A stretch of DNA of 64,000 nucleotides from Cycas panzhihuaensis (Eukaryota > Plantae > Cycadophyta). This document shows, piece after piece, positions 26,001-39,718 of the stretch. The stretch is taken from contig CM041465.1 in assembly GCA_023213395.1 (NCBI GenBank), forward strand, positions 228,167,741 through 228,231,740, in the 5' to 3' direction. The notes beneath the pieces are model-generated. The model did not search any database. It was given only the letters and a program-made list of their open reading frames with translations, and was not told the DNA's origin. The stretch's first letter is position 1; each line of letters opens with the position of its first letter. A program made the translations under genes and the position numbers.

Positions 26001-29000
26001 CATTGTTTAGTCATATTTATGACATTATTATTAGATATCATAGCCTATCATAGTAATTTGTAACCCATTAAGGCATATTTAAGCTTATAGAGGCAAGTTT
26101 GTAGGCCTATAATGGTAATTTGAGGCCATAATTCCCTTATGTTTGGTTATAGACATCAAAGAGCTACTTATACTATCCTATATTAGTAACAGATTGGATC
26201 CTTTTCTTTATATTACTCTTACATTATTATTAGCTTACTTGTTTATCCACATAGGATAATGTGTTCCTAGGGTGTAGCTAACTTGATACCGATTACACCA
26301 CATACATGAAGGAGCATCCTAGCTAGCTAATGGTCATAGTGCTTGGTTAGCCATGTGGTCTAGTGAATAGATCTCACTTCATATGGATATCAAAAACATT
26401 TTATTTTTCTTTACAACAACTTGATCTAGGAAAATATTTGAAGACCAATTTTATCATGATGTGGCATTTTATTTAATATAATTATCCATTATAAGATAGA
26501 ATATTAGATGTAATATCTACTTATATCCAACCATGTACACACTCTCTTATGGATTATTTATATTTTATAGTATTACTTGCCTTAAGTTGTGTGCCACCTT
26601 GAAATATGTGATAGTACACAATGGTTGACCTTTGAGGGTTCTCACATGTGGTGAGATATTATATAAATATACACATGAACTTTCTTATAACTTAAAGTTT
26701 GATAAATAATTCATCATATATTGTGTTTATTGTGTATATATACTTTATCTATATTATGTTTATTAATTCATTATTTCACTCACCACACTCATTTATATTT
26801 ATTCTTTTTTTTTTATATATAGTATAAAATAGATGGGGTTTAAAAATGTCCCCAACCATGTTATATAAGTTACCTTCTAGCTATCAAATCTGCCATGACA
26901 AGCCCATGGCCTAGTTGACCTCTACCTTCCCTAACCCAATTGAATCCACTCCTACCACGACAAGCCAAGTGACTAGCTCTAAATCTCTTAGGGAGTATTT
27001 TCTATATCTTTCTTAATGAGACTCAAAATCTCTTATGGGATTTCCTCTCTCCATGCCTAGTTCCTCTTATAAGAAACCCCCCAATTAGCTAGTTTATTAG
27101 CAACCCTATTTCCTTCCCCATAAGTGTGATGCACCTGAACACTCTCTCTACCCTTCAGAGCATCTTGAATATCTCTGATCATGGTAGTTGCTCTCCAATC
27201 TGGTTCTACCTCACCTCTAATCATATTGATCATATTTAATGAATCCCCTTTTAATAATAACCTTATCATAGCCTTCCCCTAAGGCCATCTCCATCACCCT
27301 CTACATAGTTGCAAGATCTATCGTGTGATTTGTTTGATGCACATAATACTCTACATAAGCCCACTTAACTCCCCCTTTCCAATATCTGCAGATGCCACCT
27401 CTACCTGCCTCCCCAAGATTACCTTTAATTACCCCGTTAAAGTTTATTTTCACCTAGTTTTCTGAGGGAAGAAACCATGAGCAATGCCTTCTTAATCCCA
27501 AGGCGACTTTAGGCCTCCTTATCTACTAATTATCTAATGCAATCCCTTTTGATTCTAAAATGAATTTCTCTTCTTTATTTTTAATTATCTCCACCATCAC
27601 AGTATAAATAGTACCGTGGATCCTGACTTCATCAATCTGCTTCTCCTAAAATATTCTTCTATTTCTCTCCTTCCATAAGTTCCACATCATCATTACCAGG
27701 GTAATTTACCAAAAATATGCCAAGATCCTACTTTTGAAGGGGCTTTTCCAAGCAATCACTTGCTCTTTAAGAATTATAGGGGACATCCATAGTAAATTGG
27801 ATCCAAATAATTTTCCACGTATTCCTTGAATAAGAGTAATGAAGATTGATGTGGTCTGTCAACTCCTCAGCCTCCATACATAACACATACTTATTGGACA
27901 TCAAGAAGCCCCTCTTCCATAAATTATCCATAGTCATAATTTTGTTCCTCAAATATAACCCCCAGAAAACTACCATTTTGGGTATCATACCCATCCTCCA
28001 CATTTCTTCTAGTAAGGGGTTCTTAAGGGCTCCCCTATCTTGACATATAAAAAGATACCCTTGTTTCATTATATAACCCATATAAGGAGACATAGGCCAA
28101 ACTATAGAGTCTACCCTAACTATTTTTGGGACATAACATTTCATGATTTCTCTTTTAAGAGCTTTAATATTTTCCTTTATACCTTGGACCTCTTGTAGAT
28201 CCTCAAATGTTTTCCACCTCCTAGCATGATCTTGAGCCACCTAGTAATCTTTTACTTTTACTCCATAAGTCCTCTCACAAAGGTCCTACAAGGGACCCAT
28301 ATTAGGCCTACTTTTCAATTGAATATAGCCATACCACATGCTTTCCCAAAAATTTATAGTAGCTCCATCCCCTAGCTTCTATTACATTCCTAAAGCTAGT
28401 ATTTATCTTGATTAGAACAAGATTTTCCATATTGGAGATCTGGAGGAAACCACAATATCATCCTTTAAAAATTACTTTGCCCTAAGATATTTTTAGGAAA
28501 TAATTCTTTCCCACAACCCATCATCTTTCTTAGCCAATCACCACCCTAATTTTTCCACCAGGGCACTATTAATAGAAGCCAATCACTAAATATTTAAACC
28601 ACCCACCCATTTGGGGAGGTAGGCTTTCTCGCATATCACTAGGTGGATTTTGTCCTTCTTCTAAACCCTAGGCTAAATAAATCTTTTTTGAATGGACCCT
28701 AGAGTTAATATAACTTTAGTGAGGATCCTAAAAACTAGCATCATATACATTGAAATACTTTAGAGTGAAGTTGATAGTAACTAAACCTTACTCACCTGGC
28801 TTAAAAAGGAGCCCTTCCACCCATCCAACTTCCTATGTATCCAATCTATGATTAGGTTCCACAACTCCCTCAGCATCTTCTCTATAAATAAGGGCATCCC
28901 TAACTAAGTAATAGGAAGCTTTTAGGTGGCCATTTCCATAATCCTACTAATCTTCCTTTGTATCCTTTCTTTGGTATTCACAAAAAAGATACTACTTTTA

Positions 29001-29131
29001 TTCAAATTTATCTTATGGTTCGTAGCTCTCTTAAACTTCTTAAGACCCCCTTTTATTACCTAAGCTTTACCAAGGGCATCCCTTCCTCGTAAAATATTAT
29101 TATCAACAAATTGATGATGAATTATACTAAC

Positions 29132-32100
29132 TATTACATAACTTATCCCACTAAGTTATGTAAACCACTAGTATACGGAGAGCTATCAACAGGTTATAAG
29201 ATAAGGTTAATTATGGAACTTTGTGCATGTGTTGACAAGCTGGCCAATGGTCTATAAGGTTGCTATGCTATCTAATAGAATGTAAGGCTACTTAGGTTGC
29301 CAATAGGATTGCATTTAAAAGACCCTCTTTTGTCTATATAAAGGTCATAAATTGTAAATTATGGTTATCTTGATGTAACTTTTTATAAAGATTATGCTGC
29401 AATGCTCTCTATTTTGGTGATCATTTAGCACTTTGATGTTCTTGTGAAATTCTTGGTTAATTTATTTACCTTATTGGATAGAATGACATGGTTGTGATTA
29501 TCATTCTTCTACTATCTTAAAGAGTGTTGGTGAGAAAAAACACCCCAAGTGGTATTAGAGCTGCATTGCAACCATAGGAAGCTACTCAGAAGATCATATT
29601 TTTTTTTCCTGTTAGATCAAGTACTCTATCTACCCTTATAAAGATCGAGGAAAGACCTTTTGCTTAGTACTCTTTCCATAGAGATTGAGGAATGGTACCA
29701 AGATAATCCAAGAGTCAGGAGAAAAGGGGAATTCTTTTTGCTAGGTAATACTAGTACTTTATCCTTTTATTTTTCATCCAATTTTAATTTCATTTCTATA
29801 TTTTAAATTCTATATTGAATTATATCTCAAGGATAGATAACACTATTGGGTGGCTACCTAAGTAGTCATGTAGAGACCCTATACTAGGGGTCTTTAAATA
29901 TTGCAGGGATCTATCATTCTAGCTAAGTGCATCATGGTTCTTCCACCCTTTGCATAAAGGATTGGAGTTAACACTCCTGAACCAAGCCCTAGATAGAACC
30001 TGGCTATGGAAGTGTGCCTCCATGTACCTTTAGGTATATAGAATGACCCCTTTAAGTCTTAATCCCTCCCTAGTATAGGTAATTATTGACCATTGAAGTC
30101 TTATAGTGTAGTGGATAGCAGTTAGCACCATGAAGCTACCTTCCCTGAACTTCTATAGTTTATTGGCAAGCCTATAAGACCAACCACACCTTGTTTAATG
30201 GTTGATAGGATACATTGGTATACATATTCCAGGTTTAGACTGCAAGTCACCTCACATTTTAAAAAAAGAAGTTCCTCCTACTGCCTAAACTTAGAACATG
30301 TCAGCATAGTCAAACTCACTATAAGAAAAAAAAAACTCCACTTAGTTTAGTGAGAAAATTTACCCTTATAACTATATACCTCATTTCAATCAGTACATTA
30401 TACTAGTCAGTTTGCACTAGGTTGGTACATACCAGAAATTTTCATATTTTTTAGTACCTGGTCACTTGTGGGTCCCACCACCCCCAACCCCCTTACACTT
30501 CATATATCCCATTTGAACGAGCTTTTTACACTTATTTGAGAGAACCTAATATCTTGTTTATGTAAATTCCTTTGGGGTCAATAGGCTATAAACACCCCAC
30601 AATCTCCTTATTTGCCCCCTTCTCTTTCCCTTAACAACTCACTTTTTCTTACGTCTTGTTCTTTCTTGATCTTTCCCACTTTATTTATTCCCCTTCTTTC
30701 TAGTTATTCCTGCCTCTTTACTCCTTTTCTCCATGGCTCCTCAATGTAATAATGATAAAATCTCAATACTTGAGACCCAAGTCACCAATATTTAGGAAAA
30801 AATCAAGGAAGATTTTGACCACATGCATGAATAGGTTATAAATGAAGTAGCTATCATACTGATAGAATTTAACACAAAACTATTAAACCTAGCATACCGT
30901 GATGATGTCCAATGGGTACTTCAAAGGTTGAATAACTTCTCTCCTCTGCCACTAGTTATACCTACATAGTAGCAAACCGTATCTCCACCTCCACGTCAGC
31001 AGCAACCATTTCATCATATGATCAACACACCCATATTTGATCTAGATCTCGACAAGGATAGTGTACAAAGTTGGATTAGTAAACTAGAGTCCTACTTTAC
31101 ACTCAACCTAATGTTAGTAAATGAATAACTTACATTTACATCCATCCACTTAGATGGGAAGGCACGTCATTAGTTTTGATGGTGGAAATAGGAGTACCCT
31201 TCTAACCAGTCTTAGGCACACTTCTCTACCTATTTTTTCAAGCAGTATGAAAATACTTGGAACCAATCTTTTTTCACATAACTGACACGGTTGAAGCAAG
31301 TATCCTCTATCAAAGTTTACACTGATGAGTTCCAATCTTTACGTAATCAGGTTGATTAGTAACTTGATAATCAAACAAAGATAGATACGTATGTGTTTGG
31401 GTTTAAAGAACATATCTAAATGCACCCAAAGACAGTCTCCCTATCTACTCTAAAAGATACAATTAATATGGCTTAAGTAGTAGAAGCATAGTTTATCGCA
31501 GAAAGGCCTCCTCTATTTAGATGAGACTCTACTTGGCTTTTACAATCCTGATAAGATGATACTGCTTGGTCCTAAAGACCATGTCCAACTAACTACCAAT
31601 GATCATACCCACGACCAGAGGACACCCCATCTATATCTCTCGAGTAGTGTATCGAGGAACCATCTTTGAAGTCCATATACATCACTCTCGTAAAAGTACA
31701 ATGTTGTCAAGAAGCCAGTCTATGTATGCAATGTTCTAAAAAATAGACCTCTGGTCACGATAGAATCTGCAAAGCTAGGAAGATGGTCTTCACAATTGAC
31801 CCAGACTTATCTTTAGAAGATGACCCTGAGGCTCAGCCCAAATATGATGATGAACCCCAAGACCACTCTACCGATGAGTTACCCCCAAACCCTAAACCTA
31901 AAGTTTCTTTATTTATTGTTACCTCCACTACATGTCTCGAACCGCTTTGAGTCAAAGGAATACTTCAGACAACCCCAATTACCATTTTGATCGACAATGG
32001 TGCATCGCTAAATTTCATCAATATCTCCATTGGTCGATAGTTAAATCTTTACATAGAACCTAAAATAGGATTTACTTGCTCCTTACCTAGTCATCAAATC

Positions 32101-35100
32101 CTTTATTGTGCTAGAACAATAAAAAACCTCATGGTCTTCATTAGCTCATATACCCTTGTCTCTGATTTTGATGCCATGTCCATAGGTAGGTCATATGTAA
32201 TTCTTGGCAGACAATAGCTCCAAACTCTAGGAACTTATAGCACCAATAACTCACCCACAGCCCCATTTATTATGTTTAAAGACCACATGGGCTGCTCACA
32301 TAAACTTTATAGGATGCAATCCCCCCCAAACAAAGTCATCTCACCCACCTGAATGTGCTAACAACTCAATGGTAACATAAGATATATCATTCATCTTAAC
32401 CATATCTAGGCCTCTTCAGGTATTCATCCTGATATCCAATAAGTATTAGATCGATACCAATCTGTATTTGCTCTATTACTTGCCAACCCCCCACTCGATT
32501 GAGTTTGTTATCATATTATTGAGTTATAAAGTTCACACGACCCGATTAGCCTTTGACAATATAGGAACTCCTATTTCTAAAAGAATAAAATCAAAAAAAT
32601 TATGAGGGAATTGTTAGACATGGGTATCATCCAACCTAGTGAAAGCACGTATGTGGTACCCATTATTTTAGTTTGTAAAAAGGATGGCTCTTTCTGACTT
32701 TGTATTGACTATCGTGCGCTCAATAAAATTACTATAAAAAACAAGTTTCCCATGCCACGAATTGATGATATGTTAGATGAAATCCACAGTACTACAATTT
32801 TTATCAAACTCGATTTATATTCAGGATATTACCAAATCCCTATCTTGCCATATAAGTTTAATATAAAATGGCTTTCTGAACCCACCATGGCCACTTGGGT
32901 TCCATGTCATGCCTTCAGCCTATGTAATACCCCAGCCACCTTTCAAGCCCTCATGAACAAGATCTTTTCCCCATACCAATAAAAATTTGTCATCATCTTC
33001 TTCAATGATATTCTTATCTATAGCTCAAACATGCCTACTCACATCTAGCATCTAGAAACGATCGCTCAAATCTTAGCTGAGAATAAACTATATGCTAAAC
33101 TCTCCAAATGTGAGTTTGGGAAATCTAAACTATAATACCTTAGTCATATTGTATCCTTTGCAGGGGTTTAGATGGATCCTGATGAAATCTCCGTCATCAC
33201 TAATTGGCCAACCCCAAAATCCCTAACCTAATTACAGGCTTTCCTAGGACTTACCAAATTCTATCATCAGTTCGTTTGAAATTATGCCATACTAACCACC
33301 CCCTTAACCCACTTACTTTGGAAGGATTCCTTCCAATGGTCACCCATAGCTAATGAGGCCTTCCTGCATCTAAAGGAGGTCATATCAACCACCCTAGTTT
33401 TGGCCTCTCTTGACTTTTCTTAGCTTTTCCAATTAGAATGTGATGCCTCTGGGTTTGGATTGGGTGCAGTCTTAATGCAAAACTTCCACCCCATAGCCTT
33501 TGAAAGTTAGAAACTCAAAGATCATGAGTGTAGACTGTAAACCTATGACAAAGAAATGCGGGCCATCCTCCATGCTATTGATAAATAGTGACAATATCTA
33601 CTTGGTTCCAAATTTACTATCCTCACTGATCATCATAGCCTTCATCACTTACTAAATCAACTAGTCCTCTCAAAAGAGTAGGCTAAATGGGTCAACCACC
33701 TCCAAGTTTTTGATTTTATAATCACATATAAATAGGGGAAAGATAACATTGTGCCATATGCTCTCTCAAGGCTACCTTCATCTACACTTGACGATAACAC
33801 CGATCCCACTGAGGACTCCATCATTTATGCCATTTCTTCCCCACAACTGACATGGATATAAGATTTAGCCACGGCTAATTGAACCCAACCTAATTTTGCA
33901 CATTAGGCTGATAAGGTCCACACTCATAAAGATTAGTCCATCTATAATAATCTTCTATTATACCAAATTTGCATATTTGTACACCCCCACTCAGCTTTTA
34001 TCCCATAGATTTTATCATAATATCATTCTTCCCCTCTTTGTGGTCATTCTGGTTTTCATAAAACTTACCATCAGATACGTTTTGATTTCTTTTAGCTAGA
34101 AATGAAATCTACCATCCGTACCTTTGTCTTAGAATGGGACATATGCCAACATAATAAAGCAAATATAAAACCCCAACCAGGCCTCCTTCAACTACTACAC
34201 ATCCCAGAAGGTAAATAGCAAGATATTACCATGGATTTTATAATGGGCTTAACACTATCTGTCATATCTGACTCCATTTTAGTAGTCAAAGATAGATTGA
34301 CAAAATATACCCACTTCTTACCTATCCACATAACCTATAAAGCTCCACATATCATTGACATTTACATCCAAATAATATTTCATTTGCACAGTTTTCCATC
34401 CACTATAATCTATGATCATGACCCTAAATTCACTAGCTCCTTCTAGCAGAAGTTATTCTGTGCATCAAGAACATTATTCAGCGTGAGTTTGGCATATCAT
34501 CCATAGACTAATGGCCAATCTAAGGTCCTTAACAAAACTCTAGAAACCTACTTACATTGTTTTGCATCTTACTACCAGTCTAAATGGACATCATGGCTAG
34601 CCCTAGTTGAGTATTGGTATAACTCCTCACACCATTCAGCAATTGGAATGCTTCCATTTTTAGCTCTCTATGGGTATCCCCTGTCATCCCACCATACCTT
34701 GGCTACCAACCTCTACATGGTAGCAGCACAACAAAAATTGTAGCATATGGACCAAATTCTCCACACCCTTAAACAAAACCTATCCATGGCCCATAATCAA
34801 ATGAAATAATTAGTAGACCACCACTGCTATAATGGTGATCTTATATTCCTCCGTCTCGAACCTTAAGCAACAATCCCTTTGCCATCATAAGAACCACAAA
34901 CTTAGCCCTTAATATTATGGCCCCTATAAAGTCCTTAAACATATTAGTGAAGTTATATATGCCCTCAACCTTCTCCCCACCATAAACATTTATAATATTT
35001 TTCATGTCTCCTATCTTCGGAAGTGTCTAAGAAAAACCCATATTTCCCAGACAACCCTTCCAATTCTAGATGAGGAGTAAACCTTGTCCATACCTCCAGA

Positions 35101-35687
35101 ATGTATATTAGCTACTAGACAATGTTGTCTCTAGAATTGGTCCATTTTAGAATATTTGATATAGTGGACATGCTACAAGTCTGATGAAGCAACTTGGGAG
35201 TCCGATGATTTTATCAAAAAGCACCCGCATCTCACATGCCTCGAGGACTCGGCAACTTAGTAAAGGGGATCTATTACATAACTTATCCTACTAAGTTATA
35301 TAAACCGCTAGTATATGGAGAGCTATCAGTAAGTTATAAGATAAGGTTAATTATGGAACTCCATGCATGTATCGACGAGGTGGCCAATGGTATGTAAGGC
35401 CATTATGCCGTCTAATATAATGTAAGGCCGCTTAGGCCGCCAATAAGATTATATGTAAAAGACCCTCTTTTGTCTATATAAAGATCATAAATTGTAAATG
35501 ATGGTTATCTTGATATAGATTTTTATAAAGATTGTGCTGCAGTGCTCTCTATTTTGGTGATCATTTAGCACTATAGTATTCTTGTAAAGTTCTCAGTTAA
35601 TTTGTTTGCCCTATTAGTTAGAATGATGCAGTTATGATTGTCATTTTTCTGCTATCTCAAAGAGTGCTGGTGAGAAGAAACATCCCA
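29132..35687 (+). mobile_element. Ty3/gypsy chromovirus (Reina-like), structurally complete but degenerate (gypsy-1)
   Basis: 416-bp LTRs 29132-29547 / 35272-35687; TSD CTAAC (29127-29131 / 35688-35692); PBS TGGTATTAGAGC 29550-29561; PPT ~35262-35269. Coding: gag from 30733, protease LIDNGAS ~31990, RT (CIDYRALN, MPRIDDMLD, FFNDILIYS), RNase H (ECDASG), integrase (MDFIMGL), chromodomain (EYLI*W...EATWE) ~35090-35220. Confidence 0.96.
30733..35263 (+). pseudogene. gag-pol of gypsy-1 (gag-PR-RT-RH-INT-chromodomain) with many stops
   Basis: Domain motifs occur in gypsy order; ORF fragments 32752-32982 and 34231-34446. Confidence 0.92.
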
Positions 35688-38600
35688 CTAACAATACCAG
35701 AGGTGGGCCTAATCCCTTTAACCACTCTCTTTCTCCTAGCCTCCTCTATCGCTCTCCCTAACAACTCTACTAGAATTATAAATAGGTAATGAGAAGGGGA
35801 TCCCCTTGATGCAACCCTCTAAATCCCAAAAAATAACTCGTCAATGAGCCATTGATTAAGATAGAGTATTAAGGCTTAGAAGTACAAACCTCCACCCATT
35901 CCCTCCATAAGTCTTCAAATCCAAATGCTTTGAGATAATCCATTAGGCAGTTCCATGACACTCTATCATATGCTTTAGAGGACTATCTTTATAATCATCC
36001 CTAATCCCTTCCTCTGGTGGATGGAGTGGATCATCTCATGAATAGCTATGATGTCATCTATGATCTAACTCCCCTTCATGAATCCATCTTGGTTAGGAGA
36101 GATAATCATTGGGAGAATCTTCTTCAATCTATTAGCCAAAACTTTAGTTAAAATCTTATATTTCATATTACAAAGGATAATATGTCTAAATTCATCAATC
36201 CTCTTCACGCCCTTCTTTTTGGAATCAATACTAGAAAAGTGGCTTACCACTCCCCTAGCATTTTTCTATTCATGTGAAACTCTCCAAGAGCTTTCATTAA
36301 GTCCTCTTTTATAATATCCTAGTATTCCTAGAAGAAGCCAAGGGTAAAGCCATCTAGACTAAGTGCTTTATCCTTTTTCATCCCAAAAACTACCCTTTTC
36401 ACTTCATCTATGAAAATGGTGTTATTAAAAGCTTGTTCTACTTATCATCCAACAACTTGGAGATTAAGTTCATAAATTCCCCTTTGGTCATTTCGCCTTG
36501 GTAGCCAGTTTCTTCAAGCAAATCCTTAAAATATTCTATTGCTACGTTCATAATTTTTTCCCCCTCACTAGTTTCTTCTCCCTCTCTATTATACAACTTA
36601 TTTATGCGATTATAACCCATGTGCTTTAAAGTCATTATATAGAAGAACTTTGTATTCTTGTCCCCCTTTGTAAACCAAAGGCCCCTCAACTTTTACCTAT
36701 AGAAATTTCTTCCTTACTCAGAATCTCCTTGAATTTCTTGAGGAGGTTCCTATCTAAATGATCTAAGTCTGAGATCTTTCCTCCTCTTGGATCCTCACCT
36801 CAATATTTTTTAACTCCTCAAATATCTTTCCATGAAACTTTTTATTCTACTCTTTCACCTTCTTTTCACTCATCTCATTTTTTTTAGAACCTATATATTG
36901 CACATCCCTCAATCAAGGTCTTCCACCATTCCTCAATCAAGTTCCTCAGATCTAGATGCTTTGTCCATATTAGCGTAAATAAAAAAAGGGCACCCATATG
37001 CTTTTTAGTGACATCAAAGTCTAATAATAATGGGGAGTAATATGATGCCACCTTAGGAAGAGTTTCCATCTTAATATCATTATGATGATTGGTCCATGCA
37101 TAGTTTATCATTACCCTGTCTAATCTTACCTAATATGGTGATTCCCTACTCTCTTGTTTAACCAATTATATTTAGACCACCTAAGATAAACATCCATTAG
37201 ACCCCCCTTTTGAAAAAAATCTCCCAAATCTAGCATACTCTTCATCCACCCCTCTTGTCCCTTTTTCTTCCCTCTAAGGGCTAGGGCAGTATTAAAATCC
37301 CCAACTACTAACTAAGGGCCTTTCTGATCTTTATGAAACTCTAGGATCTTATCCCAAAGGATTTTCCTACCCTCTAGGGAAGTAGGGACATAGATGTTAG
37401 TAGCTAGCCATTGGAGATTAGTCTTCCTAGAAATTAACCATATGGAAATGAAATGGTCATCCAAAATATAGGCCTCTCTCTACCATTCCTTTGGATTCCA
37501 AAGTATAGCCAACCCCTTTGATCCTTGGTAGCCATCCTTCACTACCATCTTTGTTGTCCTCCATATCTTATCTTTAACTAAAACCCTATTATCCAATTTT
37601 TATTTAGTTTCCTAAAGTAAAATTATATTTGGTTCCAGTCTTATACATATATCTTTCACTATTCTCTGCTTTAAGGGGGTATTTATGCCTCTAATATTCC
37701 AAGAGACGATCTTTATTAGCTATGGCCTCTTCTCCTCCCTCCCTTAGCTCTTGATCTTCATCTTTTACTCCTTAATCTTAGACCCTCATCTCCCCACCTT
37801 CCCTTAGAGTGCATTGGCTACCCTAGTTAATTTGGAAAGCTGCCTCCCTTTCCCTAATCATCTTGAGGCTAGGTCTTCCTATCCTTTTTTCACTCTCCAA
37901 ATCTAGGTCTTTACACTGGCCTATCCTCTTTTTCTCCTCTTGAGGGTCCTTCTCCCTAACTTGTAAATTCATTCCATATTCCCTTATCCCTCCTGCCTTC
38001 CTAAAACTATGAGCCCTTGTTCTATCTAATGCCCTTCCTTATCCATTCAAGAGTTTAAACCTTCTCCCCAATTATCCTTTTCCTCTTATAAAGGTACTTG
38101 GTTATCCTCTTCCGACCTCTCATCCTACCAAAGTTCCTCCTCTTCCTCGAAGAGGGTGTCCTCAATATCCAAATTGATATCCTTAATAGCACTCATCACC
38201 TCCTCATGCTCCCTATGGGTAGCATCTTGTATACCTAAAGACTTATTAACTTCTTGCTTCCAGTTAGTCTTATCTAAATCCTAGTTTTCCTCTACCTCTT
38301 ACTCCCTTATCTCATTCTTCTTCATTTTCTTAGGGAAATTTTGGGGGACATGTCCAAACTATTTATAGATTAAGTACCTTATTTTGTCTAATTAGTAGAC
38401 CAAGCTTTGCTCCTTGCTCCAATCTTCTATTTTGATTCTCACCCTTTTTAGGAGGGTTTTATCAAGTGTTACCAGTAAACAAAATCTAGTGTTTATTAGT
38501 CTACTTCAGTTCTTGGTAGGTAAATCAATGGCTAGTAAAGGGCCAATGGCTTTTTCCACCCTGTTTATCATATCTAGGTCCTACACCTAAAGGGGAAGCC

Positions 38601-39718
38601 CCAATATCTAGACCCATATTGGAGCCTATTTTATTATTGGCATCATTAGGTCAAAATCTGGATGTTATTTCTCCAAAAATAGAGCTTTCCTACTAAGGAT
38701 CCATGGAGATTTTAGGAGGATGTTGACCATGTCCTCCTGATTTACAAATTTAAATAGTACACATGCCTTAAGTAGTGCCATAACCTCTACTGGGTTTTGA
38801 TCTTCCATCTGTTCAGTAGCCATTTCCTTCTTACATCTAAGCCTGGCCTTGGTCCTAAAAATCTACCCACTAGGCTATATTCCTGGTACTTCTTAGTCCT
38901 CTAAGTAAGTTTCTTTGAGATAGGTATTTTAATGGTCTTATCTTATATAATAGGATTTATATCAAAAGGATCCAGTTCTCCATTTTTTAGGGTATCCAAA
39001 TATGTTCTCCCTAAAGGTCTATTTTAATTCTAGTTTATCTCTATATTCTCCATCACAAATTATAGAGAGTAATAAAAAATAGTAAAACACTTTCTTAAAG
39101 CAAATAAAATATAATATACAAACTGTTGCTAGAGATGTAGAACTTCTCACTCGAGTATAGAGACCTGCATGAGCTATCTTCCTCAAGACCACCATTTTTA
39201 GATCTACATATTGGGTTATCTCCCTCCAAATATAGAATTTGATGAAGCCTTCAGCCTCCCTTTGGTCATTTGATCTTTCATAACACTTATTTTCCATATC
39301 CTCATCTTACCATATCCTTAACCATAGCTGGATCAATGTGATATGCTCATCACCTATGCCTTGATGCCTTAAATATTTAACCTGCAATAAGAATACCCTC
39401 TATTAGAAAGGAAAGGCTCCTTTGATCTTACCTCAAGCCACCACTTTTAGATTTGAATCATGCCATATTGGATGCCAAATTGTCACACTCCATCTAGGAC
39501 CGAACCCCCCCTTGAGTCTACTCTATTCAGTGCCCATGCCTATACCTTCCAAACATAGCCACCTCTAGGAAATAGATCAATTCTCCACTCTCATCTACAG
39601 TCTATTATTTTTTAGTATTCTTATCTTTATTCATTATTAGGTCTCTAATCATCACTTCCATCTGCATCTAACTTTGTTGTATCAAAATTATTAGAAATAT
39701 AAAATCACTTAGATACTA

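Larger units (their letters stand above)
26805..39620 (-). mobile_element. Full-length degenerate L1-clade LINE (LINE-3) interrupted by gypsy-1
   Basis: Poly(T) 26805-26814; TSD TTAT(A/C)TTTATTC 26793-26804 / 39621-39632. RNase H ~27040-27470 (HTYGEGNRVA), zf-RVT 27767-28240, RT split at 29131/35688, EN start IKIVSWNIRG ~37716. ORF1 remnant (DUF4283/zinc knuckle-like) ~37720-38950. Confidence 0.92.
23307..39684 (+). mobile_element. Old non-autonomous LTR element (element C) whose 3' LTR is split by LINE-3
   Basis: 23307-23656 is colinear (~70%) with 26502-26804 plus 39621-39684 (e.g. TTGACCTTT.AGGGTTCTCACATGTGGTGAG; TTTCACTCACCACA). PBS-like TATTAGAGC at ~23652-23660; purine tract before 26502; 2.8-kb interior without a recognisable ORF. 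TSD not clean (ACCTT/AAATT). Confidence 0.65.
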
